This document shows, piece after piece, positions 46,400 through 63,375 of a stretch of DNA of 64,000 bases. The DNA comes from Zygnema circumcarinatum SAG 698-1b (taxonomy: Eukaryota; Plantae; Zygnematophyceae), in contig CM074819.1 in the NCBI GenBank assembly GCA_037447605.1, positions 744,001 through 808,000 on the forward strand. Reading direction: 5' to 3'. Position 1 is the first letter of the stretch. Every line of letters starts with the position of its first letter. Under the pieces are notes generated by a model that saw only the letters and a list, made by a program, of their open reading frames with translations, had not been told where the DNA came from and made no database searches. Position numbers and translations under genes: made by a program.

Positions 46400-48700
46400 A
46401 CAGTCCACATATTTTCGCCATGGTTTTGGCAAATATGAGGCGAAAATAGTGATTTTTGCAAATAGAAGGTTCGTGTTACCAATAGACGGGCGGTATTGTT
46501 AGAGTTCATGTTAGAGTTCATGTTGGACCGTACGTATCGTACCGCATCATATCGTACCGTATCGTACCGCGTCATTCAGTATCGTATCGTGTCGTATCGG
46601 AGCCAAAAAGGAGGAAAGACGAGCGAGCGCCTCTTACGGCGGCAAGTGCGGGAAGATTCGGTGAGTTTTGCTGAAGCCCGTAACGGCTAGTACAGCTAGT
46701 ACGGCAAGTACGGATAGTACGGCTAGTACGGTTTTAGGGTTTTAGGGTTTTAGGGGTACGGTAGTACGGATAGTAAGGATAACACAGAGTTACCGTACAA
46801 AAAGGTGGTTTCGGCAAAATCGGGGCGAATTTCTTGGGGACGCACTGTACAGGGGAAAATGATACAGCGGCCCCACTTTTTGGATATCGGCGCCCCCTTT
46901 TGGGAAAAATGTACTTTTTTTTTGGCTAACCCCCCCTTGGATCTTTCGGGAGGAGAGATCTTGTAGACAATCGGACCCCGCGCCTCGCGCGCAGGATCCG
47001 ACCGTGCACCGACGTACGGCGCCGCGCATCGCGGCGTGGCCCGCGAGATGCGGCGAGCCTACGGAAAAGATGTCCTCACCCGACCCTTTTGGGTCAGAGG
47101 CTGCCACGTGGCAGTCTGCCATTGGAAAGCCCTGCTGCCGGTCCCCCATGCCGATACAGTGGACCCCCATAATATTTTCGCCATGGTTTCGGCAAAGACT
47201 GGGCGAAAATATTGTAATTTGCAAATATAAGGTCCGTGTTACCAATAGGCGAGCGGTATTATGTTAGAGTTCATGTCGGTTCGTACGTATCGTATCGTAT
47301 CGTATGGTATTATGTTAGAGTTCATGTCGGTTCGTATGTATCGTATCGTATCGTATCGTACCGTGATTTAGATACACGAGCTCCTATTGGTGTCGTACGT
47401 ACACCGTACGTTTTAGAGATTCTATTCGTACTTACCGTACAGCGTAAAAGCGTGACCCATGTTTGAAACCCGTTTCGATTGACAGATTTTGTATTGGAGA
47501 ATAGGTCAGGTTAGGTTAACACCCCTAATACGTTAACATTAAGTTACCGTACAAAAAGGTGGTTTCGGCAAAATCGGGGCGAATTTCTTGGGGACGCACA
47601 GTACAAGGTGGAAAATATTATGGGGGTCCACTGTATCGGCATGGGGGACCGGCAGCAGGACTGTCCAATGGCAGACTGCCACGTGGCAACCTCTGACCCA
47701 AAAGGGTCAGGTGAGGACAACGTTTCCGTAGGCTCGCCGCATCTCGCAGGCCACGACATATGCGCCGTACGTCGAAAATGGTTGATTCCCAGTATGAGTA
47801 AAGTGGGTCCGATTGTCTACAAGATCTCCTCCCGAAAGATCCAAGGGGATGATTAGCCAAAAAAAAAAGTACATTTTTTTCCAAAAGGGGGCGCCGATAT
47901 CCAAAAAGTGGGGCCGCTGTATCACTTTCCCTGTACAGGGTGGAAAATATTAGGACTGCTGACTGTACAGTACAGTACAGTACCCCATCATATTTTCCAC
48001 CTCCAAAAGTGCGTCACCAATAAATTCGGGAAAATGATACAGGCGCCCCACTTTTTGGATATCTGTGCCCCCTTTCGGGAAAAAACTGTACTTTCATTTT
48101 GGCTAATCACGCCCCCCCCTTGGATCTTTCGGGAGGAGAGATCTTGTAGTCAATCGGACCCCGCGCCTCGCGCGCAGGATCCGACCGTGCACCGACGTAC
48201 GGCGCCGCGCATCGCGGCGCGGCCCGCGAGATGCGGCGAGCCTACGGAAACGTTGCACAGATCGGACCATTAGACAAACCAGTCGACCTGGTTGGCAACC
48301 AGTGGTTGCGGACCGAAACAACCATTCGACTGGTTTGGAACCAGTGGATGCCACTGGTTGGCAACCAGTCGAATGGTTGGCAACCAGTGCCGCCGGATCG
48401 AAACAACCATTCGACTGGTTGCCAACCAGTCGACTGATTGCCAACCAGTAGACGTCCAACCATTGCCATCCAATGGTTGTCCAATGGTTGCCGATCCACT
48501 GGTCCGAACTGTGAAACGTTGTCCTCACCTGACCCTTTTTGGTCAGAGGTTGCGACGTGGCAGTCTACCATTGGACAGCCCTGCTGCCGGTCCCCCATGC
48601 CGATACAGTGGACCCCCATAATATTTTCGCCATGGTTTCGGCAAATACTGGGCGAAAATATCGTAATTTGCAAATATAAGGTATTGTTACCAGTTGCGTT
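46400..48700. mobile_element. Cluster of nested MITE-like repeats in the divergent LDH/DapL intergenic region
   Basis: A 330-bp core occurs at 46850-47179, inverted at 47604-47933, and interrupted at ~48027-48628. TA|CAGGG-type ends resemble Tc1/mariner. Shared leader and trailer segments and (CGTAT)n runs are present. Confidence 0.75.
48256..48513. mobile_element. 258-bp hAT-like MITE nested in the third copy of the 330-bp core
   Basis: TIR CACAGATCGGACCA...TGGTCCGAACTGTG (13/14 match) and an 8-bp TSD AAACGTTG at 48248-48255 and 48514-48521. The empty site is visible in the copy at ~47710-47735. Confidence 0.88.
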
Positions 48701-49938
48701 AGGGTTGTCTACAGTGTATAATACTGTATTATACATTGTGTCGAACCTCAAAGTGTATAGAACGGAGCTATAGAAGCGACCCAGCGACAAAAGTCCTTGT
48801 TGTCGTCTTTCGTGGGAGCTACAGGGTAGGGGTTGTTAGACTTTGCAAAAAGTTACGAAAGCGTTACGGAAAAGTAAGTTACAAATTTCGTACCTCGCTG
48901 CAGGAGGATTGCCATTTCATCTGGGTACTCGTTTTTTTGGTAGAACTTAAGAACGGACATACTGACGATGACGATTTCTAAGTCTGACAACCCCTAGAGT
49001 CGTGTCGTGTAGTGAGCATCAGGTATAGGAGATCTTCCAATAAAATGTGGACACGTGTACACAGTCAGCATCACAAAATGCACCAAAAGAGGATTTTCTC
49101 CATTGTGAACTTCTCGCATATCATCCAATGGCGACGTGCCACGTGTAAATTCTTGCACACATCAAGTCGCTATTTGGAGAGATGCTCCGCTAGTGTCACA
49201 ATGCAAAGACGGCCACAACATGTACGGTAGTGTATGTCTGTCATGTGGTGATGGCCTACATGGTGTCGTCACCACACAAACCCATGCATGGTACAATGTC
49301 TTGTGCAGACATGTACATGCCCAGCCGTGGTACATTCTAAAGGACATTCCTAGATACAAATGGACTCTTGGATGCTACCATGGTACAATTGTACTGAACA
49401 ACACAGGACAAATTATTGGATTCGACCATTGGATTCAACGGTTGACAACCATAGCCAACCATTGGTTGCAAGCATCGGTTGGTTTTGTTTCCTCAATTGG
49501 TTGATTGGTTAGTTAAACTAGAAACCATGGTTGATAACCGCCATTGGTTGCCAATGGTGGCCACCCTTGGCCTGCCAGCCATTGGCAACCAATGGTGGCA
49601 ACCCTTGGCCTGCCAGCCGTTGGAAACCAATGGTTGGGCCATCGTTTGCAAATCCAAAGCACAATCTGAAGTTCTGAACCCCTTGTCTCCATGCGCAATT
49701 TGACAAGCCATTCTGCCGGCCGGCTAATCCTGAACGCGCCGTTCATCAGTATAGAAACAATACTTTGCAAATAAATTTATTATCTAAATATTTCCAAACG
49801 TGTACTGATTCGTGTTTTGATGTGACGCCGTTTTTCCCGTTCACAAACTGACGGCCGGCAGCCTGCAGTCGCCGGCGGCAGCCATGCTCCCCCCCTTACT
49901 CAAGCGCTCCCTCCCCCCTGCAGCCGAAGCTTGCAGTC

Positions 49939-55425
<5,487 letters not shown>

Positions 55426-56053
55426 GGGGAGGGTTGGGATGGGGTTCTGTGAACTCCGTGTACTGTTGGCCGTTGAACATAGAATGTAATCGAATTAAAC
55501 GCCATTTCCATGTGGCCTCCGTTTTTTGCTTGGCTGTGGAATGGGCTTTTCTTGTACATGGAACCGCCTGTTTGCAGTTTACAGAAATTTAAGAAATGGA
55601 GAATTGTGACTGAAGAGGAAAGGCCATTCGAGTTTCAGATTCGAATAATTTAAAAAATGTGAGCGAATTAGAACAGAAATTCATCGCATCAAATTCGTCA
55701 GAGGAACTCGCGAAAATTAACCCTACTTGGAATGGTGAAATTTTAAGGTAGTTCATTTTTAGGGTGTTGAGGCCCTCGACCGAACTCTTCCCAGAAAACT
55801 TTCATTCAAGGAGTGAGTGCCTCCAAACGAACCACTCATTAAGAAAGTTGTTGTTTTTTTTTATTTATTTTTCCTTTTTTAAGAAAGCTCGTTTCTAAAT
55901 AAGCACCCGTTGCCTCACCTACCTACGTCTCCCGCACATGCGAGAAACGCTGCAATGGCATAGAAAACCCCGTTCCCTGTACCGCCGTTGCCAGTAAATC
56001 AAACAAACTGAACTGAAACTAGAACTATATCTCTTGAACTGGAGCCACTCTCT

Positions 56054-56320
56054 CCCTTCACAAGAAAAAACTGTGGCTGTAACTGCCACATAGACATAGA
56101 ATCCCCCTCCTTTGTTCCCCTTCACATGAAAAAACATTAACCGAACTGCGACATAGAAATAAAACGCCCCGGCTTTGTACCCCTTCACATGAATAACTGT
56201 AACCATAACCGCAACATAGGCATAGAACGGCCCCCCCCGCCCCCCCCCTCCTATATTCCCCTTCACATGAAAAAACTGTAACCGTAACTGCGACATAGGC
56301 ATAGAACGCGCCCCCTCCCA
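56054..56320. repeat. Four diverged 63-78 bp tandem units upstream of NDUFB9
   Basis: cccttcaca(t/a)gaa...aactg...acatag...tagaa units start at 56054, 56118, 56181 and 56259. Confidence 0.8.
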
Positions 56321-56426
56321 CCCCACCTCTCCCTCTTCTCTCTTTTCTGCCCTACCAGCAGCTGCCACGCGTCGTTAGCCTGTGGCGCTAGCGGCAAGCA
56401 GGGGAGGCAGATTGCCACGTGGCAGC

Positions 56427-58790
56427 ATGAGCGCCCCCAACGTGTCAGCCGCTAAGCGCGCTCTGCAGCAGCTGAGGGCCCGCCACCTGTACCGCCATGG
56501 ATTGAAGCACCTCCTGAGCTGGGCCGTGCACCGGAACATCTTCTACGAGGAGGTGAAACCCCCCCCCCCCCACATGGAAACCCTAATTTCTGAACCCTAG
56601 GACGGACAATGAGTATCATTAATCCTAAATATCTCCGAAATCCAAGAGGTTATGGGTCCTTCAATAAGTTTGGAAAACTAGCATGTGGCTGAAGCATGGT
56701 TGGGTCTGAAAAAAGGCAAGAGAGGCTTGAATCCGAGGAGGGCTGGAACCCTAAAAACTGAAAACTGGAAGTGATAAACTGTAAACTGAATACTGAAAAC
56801 TGGAAACTGCAGTTTTCAGAAACATAGGTAGTTCTGAGCGGGGAAAAGACTCCGAATCTTATATGTTTTTGGAACCCTAGCATTTCCTGGACCCTATTTG
56901 TCTCTGAGATTTAAAAAAGTCTTCAATCCGAGCAGGTATGAACCCTTAAGAGTTCTGAAGGTACTAGCAAGTCCTTGAGAAAGCTGGAAAGGAAGTCTGC
57001 ATTTTGGGTTTCTTCAGGCCAGCCAGCAAGCTGGCCAGCTGGCTGACTAACTGAAAGCTGGCCCCAGAAGTGCATTCCTATAACTTAGCATTTGGAGTGC
57101 GAGTTCTGAAATTTGAAGGCTGAGATCGAATATGATCTTCATACGTATTGCATACTATTGATTCTTTGTTACGAGTGTTTTCTTTTCATGTTTTGTAACA
57201 AGAAGAAACCCTTACCTTGCTTGCATGTTTGCATTAGAGGTTGAAAGGGGTTCTATTATAAGGCAGATACTTTTTTGTTCGAACGTAAGTACCCCCTTTT
57301 CTCTCCAGAATTTTGACATTTCCTGCTTTTACCAATGCAGGCTGACAAGCTGCGCAGTGAGTTTGAGGCAAACAGAAACGAGGTGAGTCCAATAGACATA
57401 GTTCTGCTTAAATACTCTTTTTTTCAAGTATGTTTAAAAAAGAAATGGAGAAAATGTGGAACTTTCTTAGCTTGTCAAGACTTCCTGGGGCAGGTCCCTT
57501 CCGGACGCTCACCAAACTTTCGTGGTTTATATTCCCTCTCTCTCGCCCTCTCTCTCCCTCACGCTCACTTATCTTTCTCTCAGCCTCCTTCTCTCCATCT
57601 CTCCCTCTCCCTCTTCCCCTCCCTCTTCCTCTCCCTCTTCCTCCCTCTCCTACTAGTCCTACTAGTTTTAAAGGGCTTTAGAGTTCTTAAGTCCGTTTTC
57701 AGGCATGGAAATCAGCTGATACTGTAACTCTTGGACTTGACTTTTCACACACCACAACTTTTTGTTGTTTTGACAAAAGTCTAATCTTATTCTCTCACTC
57801 GTAATTTTGCACAAATGCATGCATGCAGACCGATATATCGCGCATAGAGCGCCTCATTTCTGCCGGGGAGACAAAACTTTGGGATAACCAACATCCCGAC
57901 CTCTACACTGGTACATTCATGACAGTCTTTTGGTCTTAAAAGTTTAAATATGAGTTTATTAGAGAGGCTGAAAATATGTTCAATGCAACTGAAACAAAAA
58001 TCACGAACAATGAGGAAACCCAAACAAGGGGCAGCTTATGAGAGTAACCCTATTGTCTCCTGCACAGCGCATGTGCTTTGAAGAAAGAAGAAGCACAGGA
58101 ATGGAACTAGGGTTGATGTGCTGCATCATTTTAGGGTTAATTTCAGACATGTGAAAAGCCAAGTGGAGGGCTTCTATGTCTTTCAGGTTCTGCAGTTTCT
58201 TGGGGTTCTGGAGGTTTTAGGGTTCTTTTGGTGTTTGAGGGTTCTGCCACTTTGGAGGAGTTCAACTCTTCACTTCGCTCAGTTTCAGTTTCAGTTTTTT
58301 TTCAGTTTCAGTTGCTTTCGGTTACAGTTTGGTTTTTTGTCAGCAATTCCCTCAGTTCTATGTCGGAAAAGACCCTTTTTGGTTAATTAATGGGATTTAA
58401 GGGTTTCCCGGTGGATCATCTCACAGTGCCGTGGGTCTACTGCGGTTCGAAATATGCTCGCAATCCTCCTGTTCCGGAAGAGGTAAACGCTTTGAATCCC
58501 CTTTTTTCTTTTATTAAAAACATAAATGGAATATCAGACACAGGTATGTTGATTTATATCCTGTTATGTTTGTAACGTTTACACTCACCTATATACCGTT
58601 AAGAATGAATTGGCATTGGTCTCACGATGGCGGTGATGCCATCAAAGTTGAATGGACAAAAGCAAGACCGAGAACCACGAGGAACCGCTCACAAAGGATT
58701 ATGGATGCGTGCGTAGCTGATGGCATGCACTTGCCCTTTCTTTTGATGCAGATTCATGTCAATCTCAACTATGGGAAGCAAGTGGACTGA
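56427..58790 (+). CDS. NDUFB9: Mitochondrial complex I B22 subunit (LYR family), 5 exons
   Basis: Exons 56427-56552 (LYR...LSWAVHRNIFY), 57341-57382, 57829-57910 (HPDLY), 58427-58482 (VPW..GSKYARNPP), 58752-58790 (NYG) join in phase. Confidence 0.9.
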
Positions 58791-59576
58791 ACGCTTAACT
58801 GTGACCCTTTCCATGTGGACTATGTATGGGCTCTCATGGAGCTGCATGGCAAGGTAGCTGCCATGGCCTACCAGCCATGCATGCATGCATACATACATGG
58901 GGAGCATGCCGAGAGACTGTGACTTCCAAGACTTAGACTGTTTGTGTTTATGGGTGCCTAGTGAAGGGAAGGGGGACTTTTCAAGGGAGGCTCTATGTGT
59001 ATACAGTTCCGAACATTGACATTGAAAATGGAATTCCATGGCTTCGATGAAGTTTGTTTTGTCGAACGCAATTTGAGGGCTTGGAAATTTGTTTGTTTCC
59101 TTTCAGAGACTAGAGCGGTTTCAGAGGGTCTAGAATTGATGGAGATCAACGTTCCGTTGTTTGCTGAACAGGGTCCTTTGAACGTGCAAATGCAACAAAA
59201 AATTAGAGATCAGAGATTTTTTTCCCGCCAGAATCCCCGTATAGCTCAGTGCAGCTTCGAGGCAAAAAGCACAGGGATGGAGGGGGAGGGAGGGGGGAGA
59301 GAGAGGGAGAGGGAGAGAGAGAGGGAGAAGGAGAGGGGGAAAGAGAGAGGCGGAGGGAAAGGGGGGAGAGAGGGGAGGGAAGGGAGGGAGGGAGGGGAAA
59401 GGGGAGAAGGTGGGGTAGCCGCCGCCAGTTAAGCGCTTGGAGTGGGGAGAGGGGAGAGGGGAGTGGGGAAAGGGGGGGGGGGGAGTGAAGGGGAGGGAAG
59501 GGGGGAGGCGGGGAGTGAGGGGAAGTGGGGAACAGGGGGGGGGGGGGTGAGAGAGAGAGAGAGAGTGTGTGAGAGG

Positions 59577-59673
<97 letters not shown>

Positions 59674-59832
59674 GGAGAGAAAAATCAAGTTATTCCATTA
59701 TTCCAAGCGGGGCTTATCCATATACTCTACACAGAGTTCCTCAGATACAGGAACCGCGCTGCCCCTCTTAAACCCTGAACCCTGCAGAGCCCTTCCCCCG
59801 CCTTACAGCGACGCGGCCCTGAACCTTAAACC

Positions 59833-61020
59833 CTATAGCGGCCGTGGGATAATCGTCCCAAACAGAAAATGTTGCATTATGGGGATTTTCTCCAAACACT
59901 CCGCTCGATACATTTTCAACATTCCGGAATTTACTTTCTGCCAAGTCGGAACTCCACTGATGTCATTCAACATGGGCGAGTGCTCGGCTAAAGGCCCCTT
60001 CTTAACCTTCTTTATGAAACTAATACACGAAAAATACAGATACTCGGATGAAAAATTTTCAAGCACGTCGTCATTTTGTATCGATTTCGGTTTCATGTAC
60101 TTGTGACCGATCAGCTGCGAGGAGCCAAAAACAAAGGGAAGAAAGTGGTAGTCATCAAGACCCCACACGCCATGGCTGCCGGCCGGCTCCAACCAATAGG
60201 TCGTCTGCAACTTCCGCATTAAAGATAGGTAATTCACAAAAACTCGCGTTACAACGGCTTGATAATCTTCTCTTCTAATAAGCCCAAGCCTCGCAAGACA
60301 AAGCAAAAAAGCGGCGAAATTCGCTTCATGGCCTGTCCCATAATCGATCCTCGTGGCGTTCCCAAAGCTATCTGCGAAATACGGATATAGTTCCGTTACA
60401 GTTTCCGTTAAACTCTCCGGAAGAATCCGTTCAACCAATGCAGGCCCCTCCTTCTGCAGCCTCCCCTGCCATACCCTAAAAGAAGGGTTTCCGTACCGCA
60501 CAGCTGTCGCAGAGGGAGGTATCTCATCGACCCACGTTGACATCGTCTCTATGATCGAGATTAAGCTTGAGACAAAGTCTGACACGTGGCATTCATCTGA
60601 GAGCTTATGGCCCTGCACGGAATTGCTTAGGTTAACCACAAACCCTAAAAACATGGAAAGCGCTTCCGAACGCATGAATTTTTCCATCTCCGCCTTTCCA
60701 GTGATCCATTTTTGGGGGACTTGAACCCTAATTGGAGGGCTTAGGAGGGGGATTTCACGAGCTTGAGGGACGGAAGCCGTGGATGCCGCAGAGGGAGAGG
60801 CGGAAGGGGGTGGGGGGCCGCCCATTTGAGCCCAGGGCGCAACGCCACCTGGCAGGTCCTGAATGGCTGCAGAAGCTCCACCGTCGCGAGAGAGGCTGTA
60901 GCCGTAGCTCATGGAGGAGGGATGCGAGGAGAGGGGGGGAGAGGAGGAGAAGGGAGAGGGAGATGTGGATGAAGCCATGGGGGAGGAGGAAGAGGGCGAG
61001 AGCGATGGAGTGGACGCCAT
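59833..61020 (-). CDS. PTPA: Serine/threonine-protein phosphatase 2A activator (PTPA), single exon
   Basis: 395-aa ORF with RYGNPSFR, DSFGNATRIDYGTGHE, LEPAGSHGVWGLDDYHFLPF, HSPML and PIMQHFLFG. Confidence 0.95.
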   Translation of the reverse strand: MASTPSLSPSSSSPMASSTSPSPFSSSPPLSSHPSSMSYGYSLSRDGGASAAIQDLPGGVAPWAQMGGPPPPSASPSAASTASVPQAREIPLLSPPIRVQVPQKWITGKAEMEKFMRSEALSMFLGFVVNLSNSVQGHKLSDECHVSDFVSSLISIIETMSTWVDEIPPSATAVRYGNPSFRVWQGRLQKEGPALVERILPESLTETVTELYPYFADSFGNATRIDYGTGHEANFAAFLLCLARLGLIRREDYQAVVTRVFVNYLSLMRKLQTTYWLEPAGSHGVWGLDDYHFLPFVFGSSQLIGHKYMKPKSIQNDDVLENFSSEYLYFSCISFIKKVKKGPLAEHSPMLNDISGVPTWQKVNSGMLKMYRAECLEKIPIMQHFLFGTIIPRPL

Positions 61021-61557
61021 AGGAGAGAGAGGGAGAGGGAGAGTGGGAGAGAGAGGGAGAGGGAGAGAGAGAGGGAGAAGGAGAGGGGGAAAGAGAGAGG
61101 CGGAGGGAAAGGGGGGGAGAGAGGGTGGGAGTGGTAGAGGCAGAGACCTAAAGGAAAGTTAGGCGAAGGAACTCGGGGGCCTTTACTTTTTTCACGGGCA
61201 GACCGATATGTAACTGCCACGTGGCAGCAATGAAGGTTGCTACGTGACAGACACGTGGCGTATGCTGACTTCATCGCTCGCTCGCTCGTGCTTCTTCTTC
61301 GCTCGTGCGGATGGTTCACAAGTTTTTGGTGAAAAACCGGAATTTAGCCGAGTTTGTAACTTGGAAAAAAACTGAAAATGAAGATTGGATACTGACAAAC
61401 TGGTTAGCCACATTGGTGGTTGACATTCCCAGCCAACTAGATGTTGCTAATTCCTAAATTTCTGAAAATGGTCAAGTTTTTCCCCAACGTGTGGAACTGG
61501 TCAATATTGGCGATACGCTATCCCGATACAGAGTAATATCGGCTACGTCGGTGACGC

Positions 61558-61947
61558 TGACCGTTGGATGAAATGTGCGAAACGTGAACCGTTCGATGTT
61601 TTAATTTCCTTTGAACATAGGGTGAGGCAAGCAGGGCCGTTGGATTAGAAAATAGGGGACCGTTGGATGAAGGCAAGCAGGGAGGACCGTTGGATTGAAA
61701 CAGGGCGTTGGAGGGCTGAGATCCGGACCGTTAGAGATGTCGGATTGGGAGCTTTATAACCGTCAGATGCAATAATTCAAGGCCGTTGGATTCGAACACC
61801 GTGAATTACGGCCCAAGGACAGCCGTCGATTCGGTCAGGGCAAGGAAGATTCTTGGTCCTTGAGGCGGGGTATCGGGACTCTGGAACCGTTGGATTCGAG
61901 CGTAAATTTGCTGCAGGATGTCACGTGTAAGCTTGAAGACCGTTAGA
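61558..61947. promoter_or_regulatory. Cluster of MSA-like (AACGG core) motifs in the divergent PTPA/ETR1 promoter
   Basis: CCGTTGGA at 61561, 61637, 61660, 61687, 61783 and 61887; CCGTTAGA at 61728 and 61940; all in the same orientation. Confidence 0.55.
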
Positions 61948-62773
61948 TATTGAGACTGTAACTCGCATGGAAACAGCCTCTTCTATGTGATTCTGTTGGA
62001 GTCATTGACAGTTCAAATGGCTGTTAGGAACAACGCTATTTCGGTAATTTCGTCATATATCCAGTTGGTGGCATGTCCTGCCAAAAGTTCACCGTATGGC
62101 ATGCCCCCCCCTCCCCCCTCCCATCATCATGTGCTCTCCGCATGGGTAGGTGAGGGAGATCAGAGGAGTGGGAGGGGGCTCGAGGGGTGAGGGAGAGAGT
62201 GAGAGAGATTGAGAAAGGAAGGGAAAGAGATAGAGAGGAAGAGAGCGAGAGAGAGGGAGAGAAGACAGGGAGGTAGCGAGAGGAGGCAGGAAAGAAGGAG
62301 TGGGGTGAGAGGGGAGAGAGAAAGCGAGAGAGAGAGGGAGAGAGGAGAGGAATGCAGCGAGAGGAGAAGGAGGAGGTAGGAAGGGAAAGGGAGGAGATTG
62401 AGACTGCGAGAGATAGAGAAGGAGGAGTTCTTCCCTCCTATAAGCTCACTATAAGCTTATAGGACCTTATAGCTCACTCACTCTTCCCACTAGAAGCTTG
62501 TAATCCCAAACGCAGATAATTAGGGTTCGCCGCCTCTCTCACTTTTAGGCTTCTTCGCTTTCCTCCAATTGTTACCCCACATCTTCCCCGCTAAATGAGG
62601 GTTTGCCGCGACTGTACACTCTCAATTTCCCTCCCTTTCAAATATCCCCCCCGAATTTCCGGGCCAGAAATGGGAAATCTTTGGCCCATATACTTTTCCA
62701 TGAGCAATCCCTAAGAAAGAAACCCCTAACCCCAACCCTACCCCCCCCCCCCCTCCCTCCCTTCGGATTTAGA

Positions 62774-63088
62774 ATGGATACCTGCGAGTGCATCGGCGCC
62801 CAATGGGCCCCTGATGACCTTCTTATGCGATATCAGTACATCTCTGATTTCTTCATAGCCCTCGCCTACTTCTCCATCCCCCTTGAGCTCATATACTTTG
62901 TGAAAAAGTCCGCCGTCTTCCCCTATCGCTGGGTACTCGTTCAGTTTGGCGCTTTTATTGTGCTGTGCGGTGCGACCCATCTGATCAATATGTGGACCTT
63001 CCGAGAGCACACGCGCACAGTGGCGATGGTCATGACCATCGCCAAAGTTCTGACAGCTGTCGTTTCTTGCGCAACAGCGCTCATGCTG
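62774..63088 (+). CDS. ETR1: Ethylene receptor, subfamily I (ETR1/ERS1 type), exon 1; gene continues beyond the window
   Basis: MDTCECI...[24 protein letters not shown]...[12 protein letters not shown]...[10 protein letters not shown] followed by a GTAAGG donor. Copper-ligand Cys and His and the N-terminal disulfide Cys pair are conserved. Confidence 0.92.
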
Positions 63089-63091
63089 GTA

Positions 63092-63375
63092 AGGATTAGG
63101 GATAGGGTTAGGGATAGGATTAGGATTAGGGGTAGGGGTAGGGGTAGGATTAGGGGTAGGGTCAGAGGTAGGATTAGGATTAGGATTAGGGGTAGGGGTA
63201 GGGGTAGGGGTAGGATTAGGGGTAGGGTCAGAGGTAGGATTAGGGGAAGGGGTAGGATTAGGGTTACAGGATTAGGATTAGGGTTAGGATTAGGGGTAGG
63301 GTCAGGGGTAGGATAAGGGGTAGGGGTAGGATTAGGGTTACAGGATTAGGATTAGGATTAGGATTAGGATTAGGT
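63092..63375. repeat. Degenerate TTAGGG/TAGGGG/TTAGGA hexamer array at the 5' end of ETR1 intron 1
   Basis: Starts immediately after the donor site; about 45 hexamer units. Confidence 0.85.
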
